Below, piece by piece: positions 47,355 to 57,296 of a DNA stretch of 64,000 nucleotides (position 1 is its first letter; the number at the start of each line of letters is the position of its first letter). The stretch spans positions 299,147 to 363,146 of the forward strand of contig JACPGJ010000008.1 of NCBI GenBank assembly GCA_016182555.1. Direction: 5' to 3'. The notes under the pieces are model-generated. The model was given only the letters and a program-made list of their open reading frames with translations. It was not told the origin of the DNA and made no database searches. The DNA is from Candidatus Kerfeldbacteria bacterium. GTDB taxonomy: Bacteria; Patescibacteriota; Patescibacteriia; UBA9570; XYC2-FULL-38-9. Both the position numbers and the translations under genes were made by a program.

Positions 47355-48593
47355 TTACGAATTAGTATTGTCGTTATTGCTATTGTTGTTGGCATTACCA
47401 TTGGTATTCTTCGATTTCGCTGTATAGGTAAAACTCGCCACCATCATATCAAAGGTCGTACGGAAGTGAATAGTTGTTGTTGTACCATAATTATACACAA
47501 TACCAATGATATACTGATCATTTGCCAAATAATAGGTTAAACCATTATTCACAACAATACCCTCTAGCCCACCGACCGTTGTAGTTTCCAAATCATCCAC
47601 CGTGATATCACTATAGAGTGATGCGTACCACTGAGCAGCACTTTGGTGCTTTGTATTTTCGGTTACAATGACTTCCACAAACTCCCCTTCAATCGTGTCT
47701 GGAGTAAAAATAATCTCACTATTACTGTCGTTCAACGATTCCACTAACCACTGTGCCGGATAATCAATTTTCCAAGAAAATTCGCCATTCTTTTCTTCAA
47801 TAACCAAACCACTATTCAACAAACTCTGGTTCGCTTTTGTTGGAGAGTATAGGTTCGCTACTTCCGTTCCGTCGATATACCCATCTTTATCTGTATCCGG
47901 TAAGCCCGATTGGGTGCCATAGATTTTCTCTTCTTCATCAGTTAAATGGTCTTTATCTTTATCTGAAGCATCGGTCACTTCTTCACCATTCGTTGGCGTG
48001 TTGGTATTGATTGCTGTATTTGTATTGCCATTGATATTGGCGTTCAGGTTAGTATTGGCATTGGCGTTTGCGTTGGTATTATCATTGAGGCCAACGTTGG
48101 CGTTCTGATTTGCTGGTTGGTTTGTATTAGCCGGATTCGTATTCGTGTTGGCATTTGCCACAGATGAAGGAGTGTTCGTATTATTGGTTTGCGCTGGAGT
48201 ATTGCTATTTTTATTTGTCTGTACTGGTTGAGCCTTTTGTTGCAACATAAATACCACCACGACACCAACGACGACTAAAATAAAAAGGATAATCGCTATG
48301 AACAAGAACAATTTCTTTTTTCCACCACGAGCAGAACCGGTTTTTGGAGGCATAAAACGCTCCGGCATCGTATAGACTCGCTCCGGCGTTGGTGAACCCT
48401 GGCCAGGAATAGCACCAGGCCCAGCTGCACCCGTCGTATTTAAAACTGGCACATTCATTGGCCCAGCATTTTGGTTGGGCAATGGGTAAGGTGTTTGTGC
48501 TTGCATCGGAACCGCAGGAGAAAATGGTTGCGGTTGTGGTGGCACAGGTTGTGGTTGTTGAGGCATTCCTGGTGTCTGTTCAAACATAGGCAT
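47355..48593 (-). CDS. Bitopic membrane protein: Pro/Gln-rich N-tail, TM, Asn/Thr low-complexity spacer, TSP3-like Ca-binding repeat, C-terminal globular domain
   Basis: MPMFEQTPGMPQQPQPVPPQPQP..., TM LFLFIAIILFILVVVGVVVVF, NTNTN... low complexity, DTDKDGYIDGTE repeat. Confidence 0.6.
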   Translation of the reverse strand: MPMFEQTPGMPQQPQPVPPQPQPFSPAVPMQAQTPYPLPNQNAGPMNVPVLNTTGAAGPGAIPGQGSPTPERVYTMPERFMPPKTGSARGGKKKLFLFIAIILFILVVVGVVVVFMLQQKAQPVQTNKNSNTPAQTNNTNTPSSVANANTNTNPANTNQPANQNANVGLNDNTNANANANTNLNANINGNTNTAINTNTPTNGEEVTDASDKDKDHLTDEEEKIYGTQSGLPDTDKDGYIDGTEVANLYSPTKANQSLLNSGLVIEEKNGEFSWKIDYPAQWLVESLNDSNSEIIFTPDTIEGEFVEVIVTENTKHQSAAQWYASLYSDITVDDLETTTVGGLEGIVVNNGLTYYLANDQYIIGIVYNYGTTTTIHFRTTFDMMVASFTYTAKSKNTNGNANNNSNNDNTNS

Positions 48594-49207
48594 TATTGGT
48601 TATTGGTGTTTGCTTGTTGAATCACATCTGGCACAGCGAGCATTTTCCCGCTGCCGTTGGGATTATAGAAATTGCGTACCTCTTCGCCATCGGGAAAGCC
48701 ATCCTTATCGGTGTCTTTCTCGTTCGGATTGGTAGAATAAATCTTGACCTCTTGCCGATCAGACAATCCATCATGATCCGAATCCACATCTTTCGGGTCG
48801 GTGCGATAATTTTGTTCTTCAGAATCTAATAATCCGTCGCCATCTGAATCCACAATCGTACCATTCGTATTGGATGCAGCATTAGCCGCTGCATTATTCA
48901 ACGGCTGCACATGATTTAAGTTCTCTTCCGTAACAGGAGCAGATCCTTGTTGCCGACCAGACCAATACTGCCAACCCACAAACAATAAGGCTATAAGCAA
49001 TACCACCCCTGCACCAATCATCACCCATAAACGTTTTTGTGAAATAGACCGTCGAGGCGCCTCTGAATCGATAGTCGTATCGATAGTCGTTGGTACAGCA
49101 TGGACAATAGCTGGAGTAGGCGGAGTAGGATTCACCGAATCAAACAAGTCTTCCACCGGCCCCGGTTGCTGATCATTTGGGAATGTCGACGGTTGATTTG
49201 TTGGCAT
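48593..49207 (-). CDS. Bitopic membrane protein with Pro-rich N-tail and three TSP3-like (DxDxDG) calcium-binding repeats
   Basis: MPTNQPSTFPNDQQPGP..., TM, DSDGDGLLDSEE / DSDHDGLSDRQE / DTDKDGFPDGEE; 1-nt overlap with next gene. Confidence 0.6.
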   Translation of the reverse strand: MPTNQPSTFPNDQQPGPVEDLFDSVNPTPPTPAIVHAVPTTIDTTIDSEAPRRSISQKRLWVMIGAGVVLLIALLFVGWQYWSGRQQGSAPVTEENLNHVQPLNNAAANAASNTNGTIVDSDGDGLLDSEEQNYRTDPKDVDSDHDGLSDRQEVKIYSTNPNEKDTDKDGFPDGEEVRNFYNPNGSGKMLAVPDVIQQANTNNQ

Positions 49208-49213
49208 AGAGAC

Positions 49214-52200
49214 TTAAGGAGTAATAGTATACCACGTTCCTCCTGGGTCAAATTGACTCGTTATACCATAATTATAACAAGAACATTCAGCATTTGAAAT
49301 ATCTTCACACGCATCAAATATCGCTGTCGTGTCGGTATATGCCCCTTCCCCATCATATTCTAAATGAGCATAAATGGAAGCGGTTTGGGAATCGTCAGGG
49401 TTATTCGCATCGACTTTCCACATATACGTAAAGGAATTCGCTGGGCAGAAGAAATGCTGGTTGACGGTATCCCAACAAGTTCCGCCTTCTTGGTCATAAT
49501 ATGCATTATCTTCGGGTGCAGACGGGCAATCCTGCACATGTTCTTCTCCCTCATAAACCCACGGCGTTGATCCGGCGTTCCAAGGGTCAGCTTGATCGGC
49601 AGCATAGAAGATATTGTACTGATCGGTTGGCAATGTTTGACCGAATAGATTACCCAGTGCTCCTTGCCAAGATGGCCACACGCTGGTCGTCATCGTTTTC
49701 ACATACGAACCAAATGTATCACTTTGTGGTCGTGGATAATACCCGTGTTGCGCATAAAAATCATTTGCCAAATTACTAATGGTGGTAATGTCATTCACGC
49801 GCTTGGTGTCACGAATCAATTTCTCTTGGTCAGAATTTTCACATTCCGCATGGCTCAAATTCATGTTAAACCGAACGTTATTGATCAATTGATCGGCAAT
49901 TTTCAATAGGGTCTCTTCGTCGCTAAACGTAAAAAGATAGATGTTATTATAAATTGTTCCATCTAATACATTGCTAGCAGCAACATAATAACTTAATCCA
50001 TCTTGTACCGCTTCATAGCCGTTTACTTGCAATGAAGAGACCTCCCCTGGGTTTGGTACATTTTGAGCATACCATTGGTCTGGGGTGAGGTCTTCGGTGT
50101 TTGGATACACACGAATACCAACCACCTGTTCTTCATTTTCTGGGTTCACAAACAAATATTGTCGGAAAAAATCTCCATCCGGATCAGTGGTAATAATTGG
50201 TTCTTCTGTTAAAGTAGGTAAGCCATTATCTTTACAGTAAAGCAAGTCAAAATTTTGCCGTAAATCATCACTTTCATCTGTATTCGCATATTCCCACACA
50301 TTGTCTTCTCCGCAGAAAAATACATTCACATTGGCTGTAACATCATCCACAGACCAATCTGCTTCCGTGGTGGGAGTTGCCGTGACCGTAATGCCATCTT
50401 CGGCATGATTTTCATCACCGGCCGTGACCGTTTGGGTTTCGGCATTCGGATCACTGCCTAGCTCAACCCAAGCGGTATTATTACAACGCGCATCGTCTTT
50501 ATATGGGCTCCAGGTATATTCCCAACCCATGATATTTGTGGGAATAATTTCTTGATCATCTGATGTATGCATACTCACCGTAAATGTGGTTTGTGCTCCC
50601 GATGAAGTAAACGTATACGTAGCTGTATCACCTTCCGAAGAACTCCCATTGTCATTATTGATAAGTACCAGATGATCTGGTTCACATTCGTTAGCTGCCG
50701 TCATGAAATAGATCTCTTGGGTGCCTTGCTCCACAGCCAGCGTATTGGCTTCGCTCACGATTCCGGTGTCTGTATCTGTATTACTCACGAACGTCAATCG
50801 ATATACCGTATTTGTTTTCCAGCCATCATTTGGCGTCACGGTGATTGTTTTTCCATCTGCGCTATCAACCGTAATCGCAACAACCGTATCATTAGCAATA
50901 CCTTCAGAAAAATCATCGGTTGAGTAACCATCTTCATAGTCTAATGCGTTGAGTCTGACCGTATCGGTTGCCGAATCGCCGGTCGCCAAAAAACCAGTCA
51001 TCGGTTCACTAAATACCGCACTAAATTCTCTATTTGGACAAACCTCCGTATCACCATTGACTGGATCAGAAGAAACAAATGTTGGTCTTTCTGCACAATA
51101 GGTTTCGCCAGTATCATCCACGACACATTCTCCATCACTACCACACACAGTATCTTCTGTTCCTTCCGTACATTCACCGCTAGAATCATCATCGCACACA
51201 CCATCTACACAATAATATCCCTCTTCACAATCATCGGCGGTGATACAAGATGTACCAAAATCTAACCCATTGCTCAAACAAGCATTGACCGACACCACTG
51301 CTGGTCCAGAGGTGGCGCCATACGGAACAGTGGCAGAAGATTTGCCTGTTCCCACATACGTATAGTTGTCACCACTAATATAATCGATGGTATCATCAAA
51401 CGTACTTTCCGGATCAGCACCTTCTACTACCTCATCAGTAAATAAATCTCCTGTACTTTGGCCATCGGCTGGGTTTCCAAATTGGTCACCCATAAATGTG
51501 ATGGAATCGCCATCCTGAGTTCCCTCCGCTGAAGCGGCATATCCTTCAACCGAAGAGAGCTTACACAATACCGGTACTCCGGAATCTGGCACATCGGCAC
51601 CACTGCTACACTGTGCCGTGGTAGAAAAAGTTTTATCATCATTACTATTATACCCATTATTGGAAACCACCACCGCATAAGACTGCCCTGTATCTAACGC
51701 TTCCGGTACATTGGCAATAATTTGCGTATTTGACCACCCATCGGTGCAATACAATGCCGCTTCCTCACCACCAAATGTCACCGAGGCATCGGAATCATAA
51801 GATCCAAAAAAGCAGCCGTTAATCGTTGTGGGTCCACCAGCAGGACCGGAATCTTGTACAATGCTTGTCACCACCGGTGTGCACACACCTTCTTCAGAAC
51901 AGGTAGCTTGGTCACTGCCGCAGGATTCCTGACATTGTTCATCTGTTGTACAGGTATTACAAAACTCCGCAGCTTGGCAGATACCATCTCCAGAACAGCA
52001 GCCGCTGCCGCATTCATTATTGGCGCTACAAGAAACCGAAAACTCTAATGAGTTGGAACAATATTCTGAAGCAGCAGCACAATCCACATCTCCACCTTGT
52101 GTTACGGCACGGAACCCATCTTCTCCACTCACCGCACCAGAGGCTACTTCTGTACTTACGCGCTCTGGTGTCCAGGCAGTTGCTTCTTCGGACGCAGCAA

Positions 52201-55200
52201 CACGTGTACCGGAATCCGCTTCCGTTCCATAATCATCATCACCTAAAAAGCTTGCGAGTCCTTCTTCGTCACCCAATGCTTTTCCATAGATCGTTACAGC
52301 ATCTTCTTCTGCGCCTGCTTCTGGGCTAATAGCACAAATACCGGGGTAAAAATTTTGATCAATATGATAATCCGTACCGGCTTCCGTCGAATCACCATAT
52401 TGTGTTTCTACTTGTAGTTTATAATCCTGTGTTGGTAAATCGAGCGGCATTTCAACAATAATTTGACTATCATCCCAGGTATCTCCACACGTTGCGCTAT
52501 TTGGCCAATCAGTTTCCGTTGAAGTTGCACCATCCAGCGTATTCCAGTACACATTTCCTTTTTGAGAGCCAAACATACACCCTTGAATAGTCACCCAGGT
52601 ACCCTGAATCGCACTATTTGGCGTAAAACTCTTAATCACTGGGGTACAATGTCCGGTATCGGTATTACATGTAGATGTGTTGCCACTCCCATCGCTGCAC
52701 GATGCACAGTCTGCATTGGTCGTACATGCACCAAGATCAACAATAAATTCCGCATCATCTGTTTCCAAATCCACAGCCGTTTGAATCGTTGCCGTTCCTT
52801 CATTCTCTGCATCATCTCCAACAACAAATATTTCCATCAGTGGATCATGATCATCTTCACCGGTCGCAAATTTCGCTACCGTATGATCTGCTGGGTCAGT
52901 GCTCGGAATACTCCAATTCCAACTATACGAAGAACTATCCAGTAATGCACAAGCCGGGCCATAGGCATTTCCGCTATATACTTCACTCTGACCATCCGCA
53001 TTTTTAATGGTAGATCTGCTCGGAGAAACATTCACACTCTCAATCGCACACGGCGTTGTGGTGTTATCGGTTTTGAAATGCATGGTATATGCACTTTCCA
53101 TGGCAATACCGGAGGTACCGGTAATACCAGTGGTGAGCGTCAACTGGTACCACGTATTTGGTTGTAAGTAAGATGAATCTGTCCCGGGTCCATCAGTTTG
53201 CCCATCCTGATTACTATCTTGAACTGTTCGATCAATGGCATATTGGAAACCGTAATAGTTCGTACTACCAGAAAGATATGACCACTCCGTATTCGTAAAG
53301 TGCCCATAAACCGGCAATGGTGAAAATGCACTATTGAATGTGTCTCCAGCGTTATATTGTTCTAAAAAAACCGTATCGCTATTGAATGTATCGGTGTTAA
53401 TTTGTTGGTCAAACAGTACCCCAAGAGCAGCATTGATACACGCCCGTTCTTCATTCGGTTGTGGATTTGGTGAAGGGTACACATCTGCTTCGGCATCGCA
53501 AGAATTTAATTCGGCAACACGTGGCCCAGCACTGCACGGGAAATTGTATTCACGACCATTACTACTCAAACCGGTATCGCCATCATAAATTGTTACCCAA
53601 TAATCACCAGGGGTCATGGATTCATTTGTCGTGCCTTGAATAGATGTATCCGTCCAGTCACCGGAAGGAGTTTCCGGATGAAAATAGACGCTAGAATCTG
53701 CCAAAGAAGTAAAGGGTACCTCGCTTCCACCTTGAGCAGTTCCAAAACCATCGCCGGTAATGGTAAAGCTGGCTCCAGCGGAATTATCACAACTGGGCAC
53801 AATTTCACATAAGTTCGGCCGAACATTATCTGAGTAGGTAAATTTTTGAAGATCCGAATAATGGCCATCTGCATGAATCACCTGGATATAGCCCACATCA
53901 CCCGTAACCCATTGGTGTTCTCCGGTGGCATCAGTATAAGTTTCTGGTGCAATCGCCACAATTTCATCATTGGTCCATACATTACCGCAGGCCGTTGGTT
54001 GCGCCATGGTGGATGTGCGAGTACCATCCAAGGAACGCATAATCACGGTGCCAGGCGTATCACCATAATTATCTCCACTCATCGTAATATATTGACCAAC
54101 TGCCCCATCACTTGGATCTACGGATTGAATATACGGGCTATACACATCAACTTCAGAAGATGATGGGTCACTTTCTTCTCCAGCCACACTCACGCGCAGC
54201 GTGGAATCATTCGTGCCGACTGGCGTACGCAATGATAATTGATCGCTGCGTTGATCTGCTTCATCCATACAAATATCTCCAGCCGACGTATTATCTTGCA
54301 TGTTACCGTAATGATCGGTATTGAAACAGGTATTCACGGTTTCTGCGGCGTAAATATTGCCATCTTGAAAAATGACCTCGGCATGCGGCGCCAAATACAA
54401 ACCTGATATGGCGAGTGTGCCTTGGCCATATTCCACGCAAACACCGGCTTCGCAGCTACCAGAGCCACATTCGGTATTGGTTGTACAACTTTGACCGCTG
54501 TGTAAGCCGGCATAGTCACCATAATAATCTCCACCAGGATTCACCGATTCAATCACCGGTGTACAGGAAGCATTATCTCCAGTTTCCCATGTGATGGGGT
54601 CTTCAGTTGCACCCGCGGCCTCATCAAAACCATAAAAGTTATCCACGGTGGAACCTTCAGCAATACCGTCACCATCGCCATCGAGTGCGTTTCCACAATA
54701 ATCGGTAAGCGCACCTGCAAAATCGTTACTGGCATCGCCACCATATAATCGCGTACTATAATATGAAAAACTATTCAACGTGGTTTCTGGTCGAACTTGA
54801 GCGTAATCAAAATCTCCACCGAAACTCCACCCTTTTAATGCGAGTGGGTCCGCCCAATCTGGTGCAAATGGCACATCTGGTGTACCGGCGCTATCTAAGA
54901 CAAATGATTGATCATCGTTGAATGTGGACGTCAACATTGGCTCAGAAAAATCGAAGTTAATCACTGTATTCGTACAGACCTCTGCTTCACCATCTGCCGG
55001 AAATGGTGAATTGGAATGAACTTGTACTGTTGGTGGTGTCTCATCTTTTTCACTACCTGTCGTAAACTGCCAAATATAGGAAGAGGTGAGCGCCAACCGA
55101 TCATCAATACCATCATCTGGCGTATCGTCATAACTGAATACACCATCAGTTCCACCCACAATAACCGCTTCATACGTGGTGTTTATTTCTAAATCTGTAT

Positions 55201-55936
55201 CTGGAACAAAATTGAATGTCGAGGTGGTGTCCCCCGGACCAAATGCAATAACGCCAGCAACCGTATCACCCACACAGCGGTTTTCCTGACACAAGCCTGA
55301 CCCACAAACATTATTACTTGAACATTCCCCGCCGTCTGCTACACCCCCAGGAATATGGAGGTACCAGGTATCTGGTGTCACGGTACTGGTATCAATATCT
55401 TTGCTCATGCGTACTTGAACGGCACAGAGGGAAGCACCCGTTTCTCCTGATTCCGGATCTGTAGACAACACATAAAAACTGGAATCGCTGGTGGGAATAT
55501 ACCCACCACCACTCGTGCCGCTAGCATCATCTATAGACCCACCAGTTGCATCACTAAAAAACCCAATAAGCCAGAGCACCAGGCCCCATGAGACCATAAT
55601 AATCACCAGGCCAATCCCCGCATTGCGTAATACCGCCTTGGCTTTGTTCACTTTATCTGGGTTACCGGCGGAGGTCAGCCACATGTAGCCGCCATAGATA
55701 ATAAAAATAACCGCCACCAAGGCCATGAGCGATAGAGCAACATTCACAATATCTACCACGATGGAAATAATATCGTTATTTCCTAAAGAGCTGGCAATAC
55801 CGGCGTAATCTGTTGTTATTTGGGCGTATGCAGGAGTGACAGTTGCAAATATTCCGAAAAGAAAAAAGCTCATGGCGGTAAAACAACCACGCATGGCTTT
55901 TTTCAGATTTCTATTTTTCGGAAGACGTTCCCGCAT
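49214..55936 (-). CDS. Giant (2240 aa) cysteine-rich surface protein: signal peptide + pilin-like double-TM N-domain, then repeated PSI-like Cys modules each followed by IPT/TIG-like domains
   Basis: SP MRGCFTAMSFFLFGIFATVTPAYA; two hydrophobic helices flanking YGGYMWLTSAGNPDKVNKAKAVLRNAGIG (TrbC/VirB2- or T4SS-pilin-like topology). At least five CxxxxCGSGxC modules followed by TPVI(x)S(x)xP...G...VTIxG..FG segments. Confidence 0.7.
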   Translation of the reverse strand: MRERLPKNRNLKKAMRGCFTAMSFFLFGIFATVTPAYAQITTDYAGIASSLGNNDIISIVVDIVNVALSLMALVAVIFIIYGGYMWLTSAGNPDKVNKAKAVLRNAGIGLVIIMVSWGLVLWLIGFFSDATGGSIDDASGTSGGGYIPTSDSSFYVLSTDPESGETGASLCAVQVRMSKDIDTSTVTPDTWYLHIPGGVADGGECSSNNVCGSGLCQENRCVGDTVAGVIAFGPGDTTSTFNFVPDTDLEINTTYEAVIVGGTDGVFSYDDTPDDGIDDRLALTSSYIWQFTTGSEKDETPPTVQVHSNSPFPADGEAEVCTNTVINFDFSEPMLTSTFNDDQSFVLDSAGTPDVPFAPDWADPLALKGWSFGGDFDYAQVRPETTLNSFSYYSTRLYGGDASNDFAGALTDYCGNALDGDGDGIAEGSTVDNFYGFDEAAGATEDPITWETGDNASCTPVIESVNPGGDYYGDYAGLHSGQSCTTNTECGSGSCEAGVCVEYGQGTLAISGLYLAPHAEVIFQDGNIYAAETVNTCFNTDHYGNMQDNTSAGDICMDEADQRSDQLSLRTPVGTNDSTLRVSVAGEESDPSSSEVDVYSPYIQSVDPSDGAVGQYITMSGDNYGDTPGTVIMRSLDGTRTSTMAQPTACGNVWTNDEIVAIAPETYTDATGEHQWVTGDVGYIQVIHADGHYSDLQKFTYSDNVRPNLCEIVPSCDNSAGASFTITGDGFGTAQGGSEVPFTSLADSSVYFHPETPSGDWTDTSIQGTTNESMTPGDYWVTIYDGDTGLSSNGREYNFPCSAGPRVAELNSCDAEADVYPSPNPQPNEERACINAALGVLFDQQINTDTFNSDTVFLEQYNAGDTFNSAFSPLPVYGHFTNTEWSYLSGSTNYYGFQYAIDRTVQDSNQDGQTDGPGTDSSYLQPNTWYQLTLTTGITGTSGIAMESAYTMHFKTDNTTTPCAIESVNVSPSRSTIKNADGQSEVYSGNAYGPACALLDSSSYSWNWSIPSTDPADHTVAKFATGEDDHDPLMEIFVVGDDAENEGTATIQTAVDLETDDAEFIVDLGACTTNADCASCSDGSGNTSTCNTDTGHCTPVIKSFTPNSAIQGTWVTIQGCMFGSQKGNVYWNTLDGATSTETDWPNSATCGDTWDDSQIIVEMPLDLPTQDYKLQVETQYGDSTEAGTDYHIDQNFYPGICAISPEAGAEEDAVTIYGKALGDEEGLASFLGDDDYGTEADSGTRVAASEEATAWTPERVSTEVASGAVSGEDGFRAVTQGGDVDCAAASEYCSNSLEFSVSCSANNECGSGCCSGDGICQAAEFCNTCTTDEQCQESCGSDQATCSEEGVCTPVVTSIVQDSGPAGGPTTINGCFFGSYDSDASVTFGGEEAALYCTDGWSNTQIIANVPEALDTGQSYAVVVSNNGYNSNDDKTFSTTAQCSSGADVPDSGVPVLCKLSSVEGYAASAEGTQDGDSITFMGDQFGNPADGQSTGDLFTDEVVEGADPESTFDDTIDYISGDNYTYVGTGKSSATVPYGATSGPAVVSVNACLSNGLDFGTSCITADDCEEGYYCVDGVCDDDSSGECTEGTEDTVCGSDGECVVDDTGETYCAERPTFVSSDPVNGDTEVCPNREFSAVFSEPMTGFLATGDSATDTVRLNALDYEDGYSTDDFSEGIANDTVVAITVDSADGKTITVTPNDGWKTNTVYRLTFVSNTDTDTGIVSEANTLAVEQGTQEIYFMTAANECEPDHLVLINNDNGSSSEGDTATYTFTSSGAQTTFTVSMHTSDDQEIIPTNIMGWEYTWSPYKDDARCNNTAWVELGSDPNAETQTVTAGDENHAEDGITVTATPTTEADWSVDDVTANVNVFFCGEDNVWEYANTDESDDLRQNFDLLYCKDNGLPTLTEEPIITTDPDGDFFRQYLFVNPENEEQVVGIRVYPNTEDLTPDQWYAQNVPNPGEVSSLQVNGYEAVQDGLSYYVAASNVLDGTIYNNIYLFTFSDEETLLKIADQLINNVRFNMNLSHAECENSDQEKLIRDTKRVNDITTISNLANDFYAQHGYYPRPQSDTFGSYVKTMTTSVWPSWQGALGNLFGQTLPTDQYNIFYAADQADPWNAGSTPWVYEGEEHVQDCPSAPEDNAYYDQEGGTCWDTVNQHFFCPANSFTYMWKVDANNPDDSQTASIYAHLEYDGEGAYTDTTAIFDACEDISNAECSCYNYGITSQFDPGGTWYTITP

Positions 55937-55978
55937 CTATTTGTATTTTTATCGATGTTTATACCTACTCACTCATCA

Positions 55979-56422
55979 CTATTGAGCCGTATATTTCTGT
56001 ACCAGTGTGCGCACGGTATTTCCATCAGCCTGCCCGTGTAATTTTTTCATGACGGCGCCCATCAATGCGCCGAAATTCTGCGTACCCACCTCTGCGGCAA
56101 CACGAGCCACAACCTGCATAATTTCGTCTTCGGAAAGCTGTGCCGGTAGATACCGTTCAATCAAGGATAATTCTTTCTCTTCTTTTTCTGCAAGGTCTAC
56201 GCGGTTTCCTTGTCGAAATGCCGTAGCGGATTCCTGTCGTTTTTTGGCTTCTTTGCGCAACAGGGCAAGTACAATTTCGTCGCTGAGTTCCTCCGAACCT
56301 CCCGCTTCTTTACTAGCCAAGATGAAGGAAGATTTGATCATGCGGAGAACAGATACGGTATCTGCATCTCGTTCTTTCATGGCATGAGTGAGATCTGCCA
56401 GAATAGTCTGTTGCAAAGACAT
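55979..56422 (-). CDS. GatB/YqeY domain protein
   Basis: MSLQQTILADLTHAMKERD...VLRMIKSS...LSLIERYLP: typical YqeY family. Confidence 0.75.
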   Translation of the reverse strand: MSLQQTILADLTHAMKERDADTVSVLRMIKSSFILASKEAGGSEELSDEIVLALLRKEAKKRQESATAFRQGNRVDLAEKEEKELSLIERYLPAQLSEDEIMQVVARVAAEVGTQNFGALMGAVMKKLHGQADGNTVRTLVQKYTAQ

Positions 56423-56440
56423 AAAAATACGCTAGATATA

Positions 56441-56710
56441 TTATGATTTTTTCTGTTGAGTACTTTTTTTCGCAGGTTTACCAAATTTCGTCACCACTTC
56501 TTTTTTGCCAATACGAATGAGATATTCATCTTCTTTTCGCATGCGTTCACGCCGAATTGCGCTTTCGCGACGTTGTGTTCGCGTAGGTTGTTTTTCACGA
56601 AATTGTCTTTTTTTATTTCGTTTAAACATCCCCGTAGATTGTACTTTACGGGAAAAACGACGCATCAAACTTTCGTTTGATTCATGTTCTTTCTTTTCGA
56701 CTTCGATCAC
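56441..56710 (-). CDS. rpsU: 30S ribosomal protein S21 (with basic C-terminal extension)
   Basis: NESLMRRFSRKVQSTGMFKRNKKRQFREKQPTRTQRRESAIRR parallels the S21 core (ALRRFKRSCEKAG...EFYEKPT..RK). Confidence 0.7.
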   Translation of the reverse strand: MIEVEKKEHESNESLMRRFSRKVQSTGMFKRNKKRQFREKQPTRTQRRESAIRRERMRKEDEYLIRIGKKEVVTKFGKPAKKSTQQKKS

Positions 56711-56862
56711 GGAGTATTCACCGACCTCTCTAGTACATTATGTAATAAAATTCACTCTTTGAATATACCATTTATAGATGACTGGTGTCAAACACTATTT
56801 CTTACGCCCGCAAGAATATTTCATTCCCGTTCTATGTAATACTAATCGTCATGGCCGTAGTC

Positions 56863-56920
56863 GGCAATTCCGGAGAGAGCACGTATTTGCGAAGCAAAAC
56901 GAAGCTCTCGAGGAATTGCC
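56863..56920. repeat. Long imperfect inverted repeat (GGCAATTCC-GGAGAGAGC ...23 nt... GCTCTCGAG-GAATTGCC) in the 233-nt rpsU upstream gap
   Basis: 9-bp perfect outer arms plus 6-bp inner arms; no flanking T-run on either strand. Confidence 0.5.
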
Positions 56921-56943
56921 GCGAAGGATCATGTACACCACAA

Positions 56944-57285
56944 TTACACCGGCACCCGAATGGGTTCGCCGCCAACGAGGTGGAGATGAAAATGTTGAAT
57001 AATTTGGCCACCATTATCACCCACATTATTAACGACCTTATATCCACTTTGGTCAATCCCTAATACTTTTGCCTGTTCAGCAGCACGCAACATCAACTTC
57101 CCGAGCAACAGAGCATCATCGGCAGTGGCCGCATTCAAACTTTCAAAATGTTTTTTTGGAATGACTAACAAATGCACCGGCGCTTTCGGACGAATATCAC
57201 GAATCACGATCATATCCGCGTCTTCGTACAACAATTCAGATTCCGCTTCTTTGCGAATAATCTTACAAAAAATACAATCCCCCAT
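56944..57285 (-). CDS. HIT-family (histidine triad) nucleotide hydrolase
   Basis: QHFHLHLVGG histidine triad; 113 aa. Confidence 0.9.
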   Translation of the reverse strand: MGDCIFCKIIRKEAESELLYEDADMIVIRDIRPKAPVHLLVIPKKHFESLNAATADDALLLGKLMLRAAEQAKVLGIDQSGYKVVNNVGDNGGQIIQHFHLHLVGGEPIRVPV

Positions 57286-57296
57286 ACAATGAATGG

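Noticed and set aside
47990-48260. Repetitive DNA in the N/T-rich stalk of the 412-aa membrane protein, considered as a possible tandem-repeat or CRISPR-like array
   Set aside because: The repeats are imperfect codon-level reiterations (AAC/ACC/GCC) inside a coding frame, with no conserved direct repeat or spacer structure.
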